NCBI GenBank assembly: GCA_903825395.1
Contig: CAIKAF010000010.1
Coordinates: 16,700-80,699, forward strand
DNA from: an uncultured Flavobacteriales bacterium
GTDB taxonomy: Bacteria; Bacteroidota; Bacteroidia; CAIKAF01
Direction: 5' to 3'
Length of the DNA: 64,000 nt
Position 1 is the stretch's first letter; each line of letters begins with the position of its first letter. Below the pieces are notes generated by a model, which ran no database searches, was not told where the DNA came from, and saw only the letters and a program-made list of their open reading frames with translations. Positions 1 to 8,771 of this stretch are shown here, piece by piece. The position numbers and the translations under genes were made by a program.

Positions 1-367
1 CGTTGGATTGAACCCCAATCCTCAATCCTTTGACCCTTCATTGGAGTGGGATTCTATTCCTGAGGATGCATTTGACAGCTTGGGATTTCATGCCTGCGAC
101 TGCAATTTCATGAGCTTAGAGAATGCGCCAGAGGCCTTTACCAAGATTTCTCCAAATCCAACCGACAAAGTATTGAATGTGCGTTCTGAGTTGACCATGC
201 AAACGATTTTGGTGAAAAACCTGGCGGGACAAGTGGTGCTGCAACCGCAGACAGTAAACGGGCTGCAAAGTCAAATTCAATTGGGCAATCTGCCTCCGGC
301 GATGTACCTGCTTGAAATATACTATCAAGGTGGCTTGGTGCGGAGTCAGCGGTTTTCCAAACGGTAA
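1..367 (+). CDS. 3' fragment of a secreted protein ending in a T9SS (Por) C-terminal sorting domain; 5' end lies outside the window
   Basis: The ORF is open to the window edge. The C-terminal ~70 aa (KVLNVRSEL...ILVKNLAGQVV...MYLLEIYYQGGLVRSQRFSK) has the typical beta-sandwich T9SS CTD pattern. Confidence 0.5.
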   Translation, partial: VGLNPNPQSFDPSLEWDSIPEDAFDSLGFHACDCNFMSLENAPEAFTKISPNPTDKVLNVRSELTMQTILVKNLAGQVVLQPQTVNGLQSQIQLGNLPPAMYLLEIYYQGGLVRSQRFSKR

Positions 368-373
368 TCGAAG

Positions 374-3178
374 ATGCGGCAATTTGCCCTCTGTTTGGTC
401 CTGATTCTTGCGGGAGCCCCGCCGGCTTCGCTTAAGGCCCAACAGCATGTGCTGAGTGGTCTGATTACAGATTCCATTTCGGGAGAGCCCCTGTTGGGTG
501 CGGCGGTGATGTATGCGCCAGGAAAAGGCGTTACAGCCGATTTGGAAGGCCGATTTTGGTTGAGTTTGCCGGCAGGAACCCATACCTTGGAAATTCGATT
601 TTTGGGCTATGATTCCAAAGAAATAAAGGTGCAAGTTCCAAGAGCCGCCGAATTGCACCTGCGCATGTCGGAATCAAAAGGCCATTCCTTACAGGAGTTT
701 CAACTGGTTTCTGATTTGGCGAAGCCGCGGGAAACGCCGGTGGCATACAGCAATGTATCTGCTCAACAGATTACAGAAAAATTAGGAGGACAGGACCTGC
801 CCATGCTGTTAAACGCCACGCCCGGTGTCTATGCTACCCAACAGGGCGGAGGCGATGGAGATGCTCGAATCAGCATCCGTGGATTCAGCGCCCAGAATGT
901 ACTGGTGATGGTGGACGGAGTGCCCATGAACGACATGTTCAATGGGCGAGTGTATTGGACCAATTGGTTTGGCTTGGATCAAATGACCCAAACCGTGCAG
1001 GTGCAACGTGGATTGGGGGCATCAAAACTCGCTATCCCGGCCATTGGTGGCACCATGAATATCATGACCAGGGGCATTCAGATGAATAAAAGCCTAAGCA
1101 TCAAGCAAGAACTGGGCAACGATCAGAATTTACGCACGGTTGTTTCCGGCTCTACAGGAAGGCTGAACGGCGATTGGAGCCTTCAGGCTGCCCTTTCTTA
1201 CAAAAACAACCGGGGATGGGTTGAAGGCCTGTCTTCGCAGATGTTTTTCTATTTCCTGAAAATCAACAAGGAAGTGAAAAACCATGCTTTTTCCTTTTCT
1301 GCTTTTGGGGCTCCACAGGAAAGTGGGCAACGGAGTTTTTTGTATGCACAACAAATTCAAGATTTAGATGCCAATCTGGCCCATTCCTTGGGCATTGACA
1401 CCAGCAATTCAATAGCAAGGGGGAATCGGTTTTATTCCGGTTGGAATGAGTTTGTGCGGACCCGTTCCGGCAACCGCCAACAGGATTCACTTTACGCAAG
1501 CGGAGCCATTACGCTGGAGCAGCACATGGCTCAAAACAACCTGCAGCGGGAACGCATGACCACCACGGTGAATGGATTTCATAAGCCGGTCATGACCTTT
1601 CAACACAGCTGGAAAGCCAGCAAAAACTGGTACCTAAAGAACATCGCCTATGCCAGCTTTGGATCGGGAGGAGGAAGCAGCATGGTGAACGATGGGGGGA
1701 GTACGATATCCGTAAACGACAGTACCGGCAAGATTAAATTACAGGAGCTGTATGACTTTAACATTTCTGGCCTGAAGACCGGTCAAGAAACCTTAGTCAG
1801 CAGGTATATTCTACGTAAAGACCATAACGACCATTCTTGGTATGGATTTTTAAGCACCGTAGAGGGGAAATTGCCCTTGGGGTTAACATTTTCAGGTGGT
1901 ATTGACGGCCGATACTACAATGGTCGAGTGTACAGCACCGTTTTAGATTTAATGGGCGGAGACGTTTTCAAAGTGCAAGGCCAACCCAATCAAAACCGGG
2001 CGGCAGAACCCTTGATTCGCGTGGGCGACACATTGCGTCAGCACATTGAACGCGATATTTTGTGGGGAGGAGCATTTGGTATGCTCGAATTTAAAGGAGA
2101 AAAACTAACGGCATTTGTAAACCTGAGCGGATCGGTAAGCGGATACAAACAATACAATCATTTTTTAAAACGTCAGCTGACGGTTGGCGACACGGTTTTA
2201 AATATTGGATTTTCCGACACCTTGCAGTTCCAGGGAAACATCTACACCCGAAGCAGCCCCGGTTTGCGCTCCAATTCTTCCGACCAAGTTTGGGCCTTTG
2301 GATATACCGTAAAGGGAGGAGCCAACTACAATCTGACCAAACGGCACAACGTGTATGCCAATGTAGGGTATTTTAGTCGGGTTCCCTATTTCACCTTTTT
2401 AATCACCACCGCCAACCGTTTGGTCAAAGAAACACTGAACGAGGAATTGTACAGTGCCGAACTGGGATATGGATATAGAAGCAAGAAATTTGCCCTGCAA
2501 GCGAATGCCTACTACACTCTTTGGAACAACAAGCCAACCGCTGTTTCATTTACCATAGACGGAGAAGCCGTTCGGGCCTTGGCCGGCGATATGGGAGCAC
2601 GGCACATGGGGCTGGAACTTGATTTCACTTGGAAGCCCTGGAAGTTTTTAAGCGTTGAAGGGATGGCTTCGTTGGGCGACTGGATTTGGAACAAGCAAGC
2701 TCGTGCTCAAATTATAGACGAAAGCGACGCCATCGTTGACGAAGTTGTATTTGATCCCAGAGGAGTAAAGGTCGGAGATGCCGCCCAGCATACCTACTCT
2801 CTGAGTACCCGCTGGATGCCCATAAAGCGCCTGTACATCATGCCTGAATTCCAGTATTTTAGTCAAAACTACGCCAACTTCGACCCATCGGTGTATCAGG
2901 TTACAGACATCCCCTCTGGTTTTGGGCCCAACTTGGGGCGACAAGCCTGGCGGATGCCCGATTATTATTTGTTGAATCTGTATGCGGGCTATCATTTTTA
3001 TATAAAAGACCGCAGAATTGATCTTCGGGGCAGCCTGTACAACATCACCGATTTGTCCTACATCAGCGATGCGAGCGACAACAATGCGGGCTCTGTTGAC
3101 ACCTTCAATGCCGCCTCGGCAACCGTATATGCCGGACTTGGATTTCGCTGGATGTTTTCTGTAACTGCTACATTTTAA
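374..3178 (+). CDS. TonB-dependent outer-membrane receptor (CarbopepD_reg N-terminal domain + plug + 22-strand barrel)
   Basis: Signal peptide MRQFALCLVLILAG. The LSGLITDSISGEPLLGAAVMY carboxypeptidase-regulatory-like motif, a plug region (DGVPMND) and a C-terminal aromatic barrel end (WMFSVTATF). 934 aa. Confidence 0.8.
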   Translation: MRQFALCLVLILAGAPPASLKAQQHVLSGLITDSISGEPLLGAAVMYAPGKGVTADLEGRFWLSLPAGTHTLEIRFLGYDSKEIKVQVPRAAELHLRMSESKGHSLQEFQLVSDLAKPRETPVAYSNVSAQQITEKLGGQDLPMLLNATPGVYATQQGGGDGDARISIRGFSAQNVLVMVDGVPMNDMFNGRVYWTNWFGLDQMTQTVQVQRGLGASKLAIPAIGGTMNIMTRGIQMNKSLSIKQELGNDQNLRTVVSGSTGRLNGDWSLQAALSYKNNRGWVEGLSSQMFFYFLKINKEVKNHAFSFSAFGAPQESGQRSFLYAQQIQDLDANLAHSLGIDTSNSIARGNRFYSGWNEFVRTRSGNRQQDSLYASGAITLEQHMAQNNLQRERMTTTVNGFHKPVMTFQHSWKASKNWYLKNIAYASFGSGGGSSMVNDGGSTISVNDSTGKIKLQELYDFNISGLKTGQETLVSRYILRKDHNDHSWYGFLSTVEGKLPLGLTFSGGIDGRYYNGRVYSTVLDLMGGDVFKVQGQPNQNRAAEPLIRVGDTLRQHIERDILWGGAFGMLEFKGEKLTAFVNLSGSVSGYKQYNHFLKRQLTVGDTVLNIGFSDTLQFQGNIYTRSSPGLRSNSSDQVWAFGYTVKGGANYNLTKRHNVYANVGYFSRVPYFTFLITTANRLVKETLNEELYSAELGYGYRSKKFALQANAYYTLWNNKPTAVSFTIDGEAVRALAGDMGARHMGLELDFTWKPWKFLSVEGMASLGDWIWNKQARAQIIDESDAIVDEVVFDPRGVKVGDAAQHTYSLSTRWMPIKRLYIMPEFQYFSQNYANFDPSVYQVTDIPSGFGPNLGRQAWRMPDYYLLNLYAGYHFYIKDRRIDLRGSLYNITDLSYISDASDNNAGSVDTFNAASATVYAGLGFRWMFSVTATF

Positions 3179-3181
3179 TGT

Positions 3182-3616
3182 ATGAGAATTTTCTTCGTTG
3201 TTGGCCTTCTGTTCTCCTTGTTTTCGGGGTGTGCCGAGGAAGTCGCCATGGAAAAATTACAAGGCCGCTGGGGGGCTCAATCGGTGGTACATCCCGATTC
3301 AAGCTGGACATTGAAGCTGGATACCTGTGGATTGGAAATCATGTTTTTTCCTTGCAGTCAGCCCTATACCGCCACGTGTTTCCTTGAAATGCGGGAGCAA
3401 GGTATGGGGGGGCATGTTTGGGTTGACACCCTTGGGTACACCATTAAAGGGGATGAATTGGCCTTTGTAGATGGGTCGGTGAAATCAAAATCTGTTTTTT
3501 CAAATACGCTTTTTAGGCTGCGGCGTTTTCGCTGGAGCATCCACGAGGAAATGCATTTGGATTTAAAGCGCATAGACACGTCGATTATCGAATTTCGCTT
3601 TTCAAAATTGGAATAG
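3182..3616 (+). CDS. hypothetical lipoprotein
   Basis: Lipoprotein-type signal (LLFSLFSGC). No recognisable domain. Starts 4 nt after the receptor stop. Confidence 0.4.
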   Translation: MRIFFVVGLLFSLFSGCAEEVAMEKLQGRWGAQSVVHPDSSWTLKLDTCGLEIMFFPCSQPYTATCFLEMREQGMGGHVWVDTLGYTIKGDELAFVDGSVKSKSVFSNTLFRLRRFRWSIHEEMHLDLKRIDTSIIEFRFSKLE

Positions 3617-3728
3617 TGTTTGTGCGGCAGGAATCTTCGGTAGCGTTCCAAGATTGGTTCCGGATTCTTCTTGCCGCTCTTGAGCAGGATCAATACAACC
3701 CATAAATTGCAGGTACTTTAATAGGCAT

Positions 3729-4421
3729 ATGTTGGCGAAGATGTTTTTGGACGTATTTAGGCTGTTTTTCTGCGGAGCTTGGCGAAGGGGGTTTGCCAAA
3801 TCTGTTTTTGCTTTCAGTTTACTGATGGTGGCGGGGCTGCCTCCGTTGAGGGCTCAGCCAATGAACGAGTCCTTTTTGCGGCAGGCCAAAGCCTATCCGG
3901 CAGAGGGAGGCTATGTTTGGTCAAGCACAGGATGTCCAGAGGCCCTGGTTCGGGGAACCGATACCTTGCTGCGCAAAAGCAAGGCGGGCACCTATTGCTC
4001 GGGGTTTACCTTTGCGGTTTTTTTCAAGGTCATGAACGACCGCGGCTCCTTCGATTCATTGAACATGGCCGATTTAAAAAGCATACAACAAGATTGGTAT
4101 GGGAATACGGCTCCTTCTGCCGAGCGGCAATGTGTATATGTTATGGAAAAATGGAATCTGGGATCGCAAATAGAAATGGAACATGCGCGCCCGGGAGATT
4201 TCATTCAATTTTGGAGGAACAACAATACCGGACATTCTGCCTTGTTTTTGGGCTGGATCAGGGATGAATCCGGCACAATTACCGGGTTAAAATATCGAAG
4301 TTCACAACGGCCTACCAATGGCATTGGGGAACGAACAGAACCGATAGGTTCCGCAAGCCGATCCCTAAACCCCAAACGAATTTATTTGGGTCGAATCGGG
4401 GCAGGGTTCCCGGCCCCGTAG
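3729..4421 (+). CDS. putative NlpC/P60-like (papain-fold) cysteine peptidase/amidase, secreted
   Basis: N-terminal hydrophobic segment. Cys motif TYCSGFTFAVF and a downstream GDFIQFW...GHSALFLGW resemble the NlpC/P60 Cys and His signature blocks. Motif-level only. Confidence 0.35.
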   Translation: MLAKMFLDVFRLFFCGAWRRGFAKSVFAFSLLMVAGLPPLRAQPMNESFLRQAKAYPAEGGYVWSSTGCPEALVRGTDTLLRKSKAGTYCSGFTFAVFFKVMNDRGSFDSLNMADLKSIQQDWYGNTAPSAERQCVYVMEKWNLGSQIEMEHARPGDFIQFWRNNNTGHSALFLGWIRDESGTITGLKYRSSQRPTNGIGERTEPIGSASRSLNPKRIYLGRIGAGFPAP

Positions 4422-4704
4422 AGCCAAGGCACGCCGTGGTTCTGCAAAAACGACGAATGGGGGAGGGGGCCCGTAGAGCCAAGGCACGCCTTGGCTCCCC
4501 CAAAAAACAACGAATGTGGCGGATCAGCAGAGCCAAGGCACGCCGTGGTTCTACAAAAACGACGAATGGGGGAGGGGGCCCGTAGAGCCAAGGCACGCCG
4601 TGGTTCCACAATGGCGGATTTTGTATTTCCGGTGAGCCAAGGCGCGCCGTGGTTCCACAATGGCGGATTTTGTATTTCCGGTGAGCCAAGGCATGCCTTG
4701 GCTC
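4421..4704. repeat. tandem array of 6 copies of a 22-bp (near-)palindromic unit GAGCCAAGGCACGCC(G/T)TGG(T/C)TC, spaced 49-55 bp
   Basis: Units start at 4421, 4476, 4530, 4585, 4634 and 4683. Units 2 and 6 are perfect 9+4+9 palindromes. The inter-unit spacers themselves repeat (spacer 1 = 3, spacer 4 = 5). Confidence 0.85.
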
Positions 4705-4730
4705 TACAAACGTTTCAATTTGTACCTTCA

Positions 4731-5294
4731 ATGCCTCAATTCATCCAAATGCTACGATGCATCCCTTTTGTTTTATTCAGCCTAATTACGGGGACGAGTG
4801 TTGCTCAAGGAAGCCTTCAGTTCAACCAGGTTTTGTGGCTCGATAACAGCAATAGCCCATATACCGTACCCGCGGGTAAGGTGTGGAAGATTACCCAAAA
4901 CAGCTATGGTACGCGTCATTTTTTGTCATCAACAAGCACGTTTTCTGTAACCTGGTCAAACACCAACCCCAACCCCTGCACAGGGGCCACTTCTGGAAGC
5001 TCTACGGCAATCGCAGTCAATTACAGCTCCTGCGGCGGAGTTAATTGGCCAACGGCGAATGGACACCAACTGGGGCAAGGTTCCGGACTTGTAACTTGGC
5101 TGCCCGCAGGAACCACAGTGGAGGTGCCCGCCACCCCTTGTTTTCATTCTGCTTCGGCAAACATTGGCTCAAATGTGGTGTACAGAGACAACCGCACCTC
5201 CTCATATATTTGCCAACCCCTTCAAATCAGCTCGGGTTCGTCGGTGCTGAATTCCAATGTGTTGTCTATTGTCGAATTTAACATTATCCCCTAA
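4731..5294 (+). CDS. hypothetical secreted protein (Ser/Thr/Asn-rich, beta-rich)
   Basis: Signal peptide (MLRCIPFVLFSLITGTSVAQG). Its stop overlaps the ATG of the next gene (TAATG), implying co-transcription. Confidence 0.45.
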   Translation: MPQFIQMLRCIPFVLFSLITGTSVAQGSLQFNQVLWLDNSNSPYTVPAGKVWKITQNSYGTRHFLSSTSTFSVTWSNTNPNPCTGATSGSSTAIAVNYSSCGGVNWPTANGHQLGQGSGLVTWLPAGTTVEVPATPCFHSASANIGSNVVYRDNRTSSYICQPLQISSGSSVLNSNVLSIVEFNIIP

Positions 5295-6085
5295 TGCGCA
5301 TCCTTTTCATTTGTGTTCTCACCGTTTTAAATTTGTCCGTATTTGCACAAGGCGTACGGATTGGGCCCAACCCTGCGCCAGCGGATTCCAGTGCCGGCCT
5401 TGATGTGGATTTTCCGGATCGGGGATTTTTACCCCCGCGCCTTAGCACCCAACAGCGCAATGCCATTGTGAACCCGGCGGCGGGATTGTTGGTATACAAT
5501 ACCAGTACGCAGTGCTTGGAATTGCATCTTCCACAGGGAGGTTGGCAGGCGGTATTGTGCGATTGCCAAAATCCTCCAAATCCAACCATTTCTGTCAACA
5601 GCACCTCGGCGGGCACCAACTCTTCCGTTGCATTTGCTGCGGCTCAGCCCGGAACCATCGCCTCGTATTCTTGGTCGTTCCAAAGCGGCAATCCCTCTAC
5701 TTCCAGTTCGGCCAATCCCAGTGTGTCTTGGTCGCAAGCCGGAACCTATTGGGTGTACCTTACCGCCTACAACAGCATTGGCTGCAGCGAAAAGGATTCC
5801 CTCCAAATGACCATCAGTGCCGGAATTACCGTGAATACCTTCAATTATTTTCAGCCCGGACAAGAGTACCTAATACGCACCAGTCAGTACGGTTGGCCCA
5901 TGACCGACCAGCAAACCGCCGATTGTTTTTGTCAGGCGATTGGCTACGCTTCGGCTCAGAGTTTTCAGATTGCCTATCCATCAACCACCAATTGTTTTGG
6001 ATACGAACCCAATTGCAATTACCATTCTACCTGGTGTAGCGGCACAACAAATCGCCACGTCATAACCACGGTAACCTGTCAATAA
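5294..6085 (+). CDS. secreted protein of a paralogous family: shared ~75-aa N-terminal module + PKD-like domain + Cys-rich C-terminus
   Basis: Signal peptide. The N-terminal block PAPADSSAGLDV...GFLPPRLSTQQRNAIVNPAAGLLVYNTSTQCLE is shared with the proteins at 49099 and 50419. It also has a PKD-like SYSWSF...SVSWSQAGTYWVYLTAYNSIGC block. Confidence 0.55.
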   Translation: MRILFICVLTVLNLSVFAQGVRIGPNPAPADSSAGLDVDFPDRGFLPPRLSTQQRNAIVNPAAGLLVYNTSTQCLELHLPQGGWQAVLCDCQNPPNPTISVNSTSAGTNSSVAFAAAQPGTIASYSWSFQSGNPSTSSSANPSVSWSQAGTYWVYLTAYNSIGCSEKDSLQMTISAGITVNTFNYFQPGQEYLIRTSQYGWPMTDQQTADCFCQAIGYASAQSFQIAYPSTTNCFGYEPNCNYHSTWCSGTTNRHVITTVTCQ

Positions 6086-6104
6086 AATTCAGATATTCCA
6101 AGGT

Positions 6105-7469
6105 ATGCACATTCATTTTATAGCCATCGGTGGAGCCGCTATGCACACCTTGGCTCTGGCACTCAAAAAAGAAGGCCATGAAATTTCCGGGTCGGACGAT
6201 GAAATTTTTGAGCCCTCTCGCTCTCGATTGGCGGCCGCCAACCTGCTTCCCGAGCAAGAAGGGTGGTTCCCGGAACGGATACATGCCGGCATTGATGTTG
6301 TGGTGTTGGGGATGCATGCCAAGGCCGACAATCCGGAGTTGATTCGGGCGGAAGCCTTAGGTTTGACCATTCAATCGTATCCGGCCTTTTTTAAAGAATA
6401 TACCAAACATAAAACCAGAGTGGTAGTGGGCGGTAGCCATGGAAAAACCACCACCACATCCATGATCATACATGGTCTGCAGGCGCAAGGGGTTCCGTTT
6501 GACTGTCTGGTTGGAGCAAGCATTCCCGGTATTGAGTCTCCGGTGATGTTCGACCCCAACGCCACCTTGGCCATCATTGAAGGAGATGAATATTTGGCTT
6601 CTGCTCGTCAGCCCATTCCGAAGTTTCATGTCTATCAAGGTCATATTGGTGTCATTACCGGAATCGCCTGGGATCATGTAAATGTGTTTAAAACCATGGC
6701 CGATTACCAACGGCAGTTCGAATTGTTCATTGATACCTTGGTGCCCAACGGCCATCTTATTTATTGCCTGGAAGATTCGATTTTAAAAGAAATGGTGGAA
6801 CAGCATCCCCGAACCGACATACAGCGGCACGGATATTCTACCTTGGCCTACACCTACCAACAGCATACGGCCATCGTTCAGCATCAGGGCAGAGAATATC
6901 CGGTTGGAATTCAAGGTCGCCACAACATGCAAAATCTAGCGGCAGCATGCGTGGTGAATCGATTGCTGGGGGGCTCGGAAGAGAAATTTTTGCAATCCAT
7001 GGTGAATTTTCGTGGCGCCTCAAAGCGAATGGAAGTTTGGGGGCAAAAGCCACAGCACAACTTCTTGGCCATCAAGGATTTTGCCCATAGTCCTTCCAAG
7101 GTGAAAGCAACAGTGCAGGCGGTGCGCGAGGCCTACCCGAACCACCGTTTGCTCGCCATGCTCGAATTGCACACCTACAGCAGTCTGAGTCGGGATTTTT
7201 TGCCGGAATATCAGGGGGTGTTTCAGGGGGCCGACGACTTGGCTGTATTGTATGATCCACATGCCTTGGTCATCAAGCGACTGCCCGTCTTAAATGCGCA
7301 GGAAGTGGCAGATTCTATGGGGATTTCGAGCGGGAAGGTGTTTTCCGATCCCACCGTTTGGGCCAAATTTGTGCAGAGCCAGCCACGGGAAGACTCGGTT
7401 TTTCTGTGCATGAGCAGTGGAAATTGGGGCGCGGTTGATATGGCGGGGTGTATGGATATTGATGGTTGA
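6105..7469 (+). CDS. mpl: Mur-ligase family enzyme, Mpl-like (UDP-N-acetylmuramate:L-Ala-gamma-D-Glu-meso-DAP ligase) or MurC-like
   Basis: N-terminus IHFIAIGGAAMHTLALAL. The GGSHGKTTTTSMI P-loop is typical of Mur ligases. ~454 aa fits Mpl. Confidence 0.65.
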   Translation: MHIHFIAIGGAAMHTLALALKKEGHEISGSDDEIFEPSRSRLAAANLLPEQEGWFPERIHAGIDVVVLGMHAKADNPELIRAEALGLTIQSYPAFFKEYTKHKTRVVVGGSHGKTTTTSMIIHGLQAQGVPFDCLVGASIPGIESPVMFDPNATLAIIEGDEYLASARQPIPKFHVYQGHIGVITGIAWDHVNVFKTMADYQRQFELFIDTLVPNGHLIYCLEDSILKEMVEQHPRTDIQRHGYSTLAYTYQQHTAIVQHQGREYPVGIQGRHNMQNLAAACVVNRLLGGSEEKFLQSMVNFRGASKRMEVWGQKPQHNFLAIKDFAHSPSKVKATVQAVREAYPNHRLLAMLELHTYSSLSRDFLPEYQGVFQGADDLAVLYDPHALVIKRLPVLNAQEVADSMGISSGKVFSDPTVWAKFVQSQPREDSVFLCMSSGNWGAVDMAGCMDIDG

Positions 7470-7475
7470 GGGGTT

Positions 7476-7796
7476 GCAGCCCTTTGCGGTAAAAAACAGG
7501 TTCAGGCATTACTGCCAACTTTTACCACAGAGGCCGCCAAGGGAGCCGCAAAGTTTCACAAAGGTTTGGGGCGGAATGAGGGCGCACGCGTTTTGACTAC
7601 ATCCCCTCTGCGCCCTTTGCGCCGACATTGCGCCCTTTGCGGTAAAAATCCCTGGTTCAGGAATTTCTGCCAATTTTTACCACAGAGGCCGCCACGGCAG
7701 CCGCAAAGTTTCACAAAGGTTTGGGGTGGAACGAGAGCGCCCTCGTTTTGCCCACATCCCCTCTGCGCACTTTGCGCCGACATTGCGCCCTTTGCG
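7476..7796 (+). repeat. dispersed repeat family 1: two tandem ~155-bp units (7489-7641, 7642-7796) plus a partial leading fragment
   Basis: Unit ...ccacagaggccgccaagggagccgcaaagtttcacaaaggtttgggg...ctctgcgccctttgcgccgacattgcgccctttgcggtaaaaa. Recurs at 8555, 27355(-), 27915(-) and 37783. Confidence 0.8.
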
Positions 7797-7858
7797 GTAA
7801 AAAACGAAAGACCCCCAATTTTTGGTCTCAAGAGGATTTTTACTCTAGGAACTTCAGA

Positions 7859-8242
7859 TTACCAAAATAAAGGGATATTGTATTTCCCAATTATTTCATC
7901 TTTCGACACCAGAGTTAAACCATCGCTCTTACTCTGTGCAATTAGCAACCGGTCAAAGGGGTCCCGATGAATGAAATCTAAATTTGACACAATCATGGCA
8001 TGTTCAAATCGGATAGGAAGAACCTCAAATCCATTGCCCTCAATAAGTTGAATGAACGTATTAAAACCCGAAACAAATTTTATCCTTTCCAAGCTTACTT
8101 TAATAGCGATTTCCCAAATTGAGGCGATACTAACAAGTTTAATGTTTGTGTCTGACTCAATGGCCCTTCTTGCCGGAGTTGAAAGTTGCTCATCTCCATT
8201 TAAAAACCAGATAAGCGCGTGGGTATCAAGAAGTAGATTCAC
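7859..8242 (-). CDS. vapC: PIN-domain toxin, VapC family
   Basis: MNLLLDTHALIWFLNGDEQLS...LVSIASIWEIAIK, a classic VapC PIN N-terminus with acidic residues. 127 aa. 4-nt overlap with the upstream small ORF. Confidence 0.8.
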   Translation of the reverse strand: MNLLLDTHALIWFLNGDEQLSTPARRAIESDTNIKLVSIASIWEIAIKVSLERIKFVSGFNTFIQLIEGNGFEVLPIRFEHAMIVSNLDFIHRDPFDRLLIAQSKSDGLTLVSKDEIIGKYNIPLFW

Positions 8243-8445
8243 CCAATATGCTCTTTGAAATCATCGAGGGGAGCATCAAAATCGGGTGACATATAAATCT
8301 GGCCTTTTGCACAACCAAATTTTGGGGACTTCTGCTTTTTCCCTTTCTCGCCCCGTTTAAGCAAAGAGTCGATGAAATCTACAACTTCCAATTTTAATTC
8401 TTCTGGAAGAATGCTAACTTTTCTATACCACTGAGCATAATTCAT
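8239..8445 (-). CDS. antitoxin (DUF2281-like) partnered with VapC
   Basis: 68-aa ORF immediately upstream of vapC with overlap. MNYAQWYRKVSILPEELKLEVVDFIDSLLKR resembles DUF2281-type antitoxins. Confidence 0.6.
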   Translation of the reverse strand: MNYAQWYRKVSILPEELKLEVVDFIDSLLKRGEKGKKQKSPKFGCAKGQIYMSPDFDAPLDDFKEHIG

Positions 8446-8554
8446 GGCATTGTTTTAAACAAAGATACGAAACCTTTATGGGCTTTTCCAGGAGGGTTTT
8501 AATAGGATTCGGCATCCTATTCAGGGTGAAACTAAATCAAGGCATTCAGGTTTG

Positions 8555-8752
8555 TTTTACCACAAAGCCCACCAAGGGAGCCGCAAAGTTTCACAAAGGT
8601 TTGGGGTGGAATGAGGGCGCACGCGTTTTGACTACATCCCCTCTGCGCCCTTTGCGCCGACATTGCGCCCGTTGCGGTAAAAAAACCTGGTTCAGGAATT
8701 TCTGCCAATTTTTACCACAGAGGCAGCCAAGGCAGCCGCAAAGTTTCACAAA
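8555..8752 (+). repeat. dispersed repeat family 1, ~1.3 units
   Basis: Near-identical to 7489-7796 (accaagggagccgcaaagtttcacaaaggtttggggtggaatgagggcgcacgcg...). With 7476-7796 it forms direct repeats that flank the vapBC cassette. Confidence 0.8.
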
Positions 8753-8771
8753 GAGAGAATTGAAATCCCCC

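Noticed and set aside
3779-4267. ORF 3779-4267 (+) overlapping the NlpC/P60-like gene in another frame
   Set aside because: It is fully contained in the better-supported 3729-4421 frame, which has the signal peptide and Cys/His motifs. It has no independent features.
4421-4704. Possible CRISPR array (regular 22-bp repeats with ~30-bp spacers)
   Set aside because: The spacers are not unique (spacer 1 = 3, 4 = 5), the repeat unit is palindromic and short, and there are no cas genes nearby. This is tandem duplication of a hairpin-containing unit, not CRISPR.
5429-6039. ORFs 5429-5863 (-) and 5512-6039 (+) overlapping the 5294-6085 gene
   Set aside because: No signal or start context. The 5294 frame carries the family-conserved module and PKD-like motifs, so the others are frame shadows.
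7797-7858. Possible intrinsic terminator for vapC (minus strand: hairpin agacc/ggtct followed by tttcgtttttt)
   Set aside because: The stem is only 4-5 bp with a long loop. The T-run derives from the repeat unit's 'ggtaaaaaa' end, so it is too weak to call as a discrete terminator.
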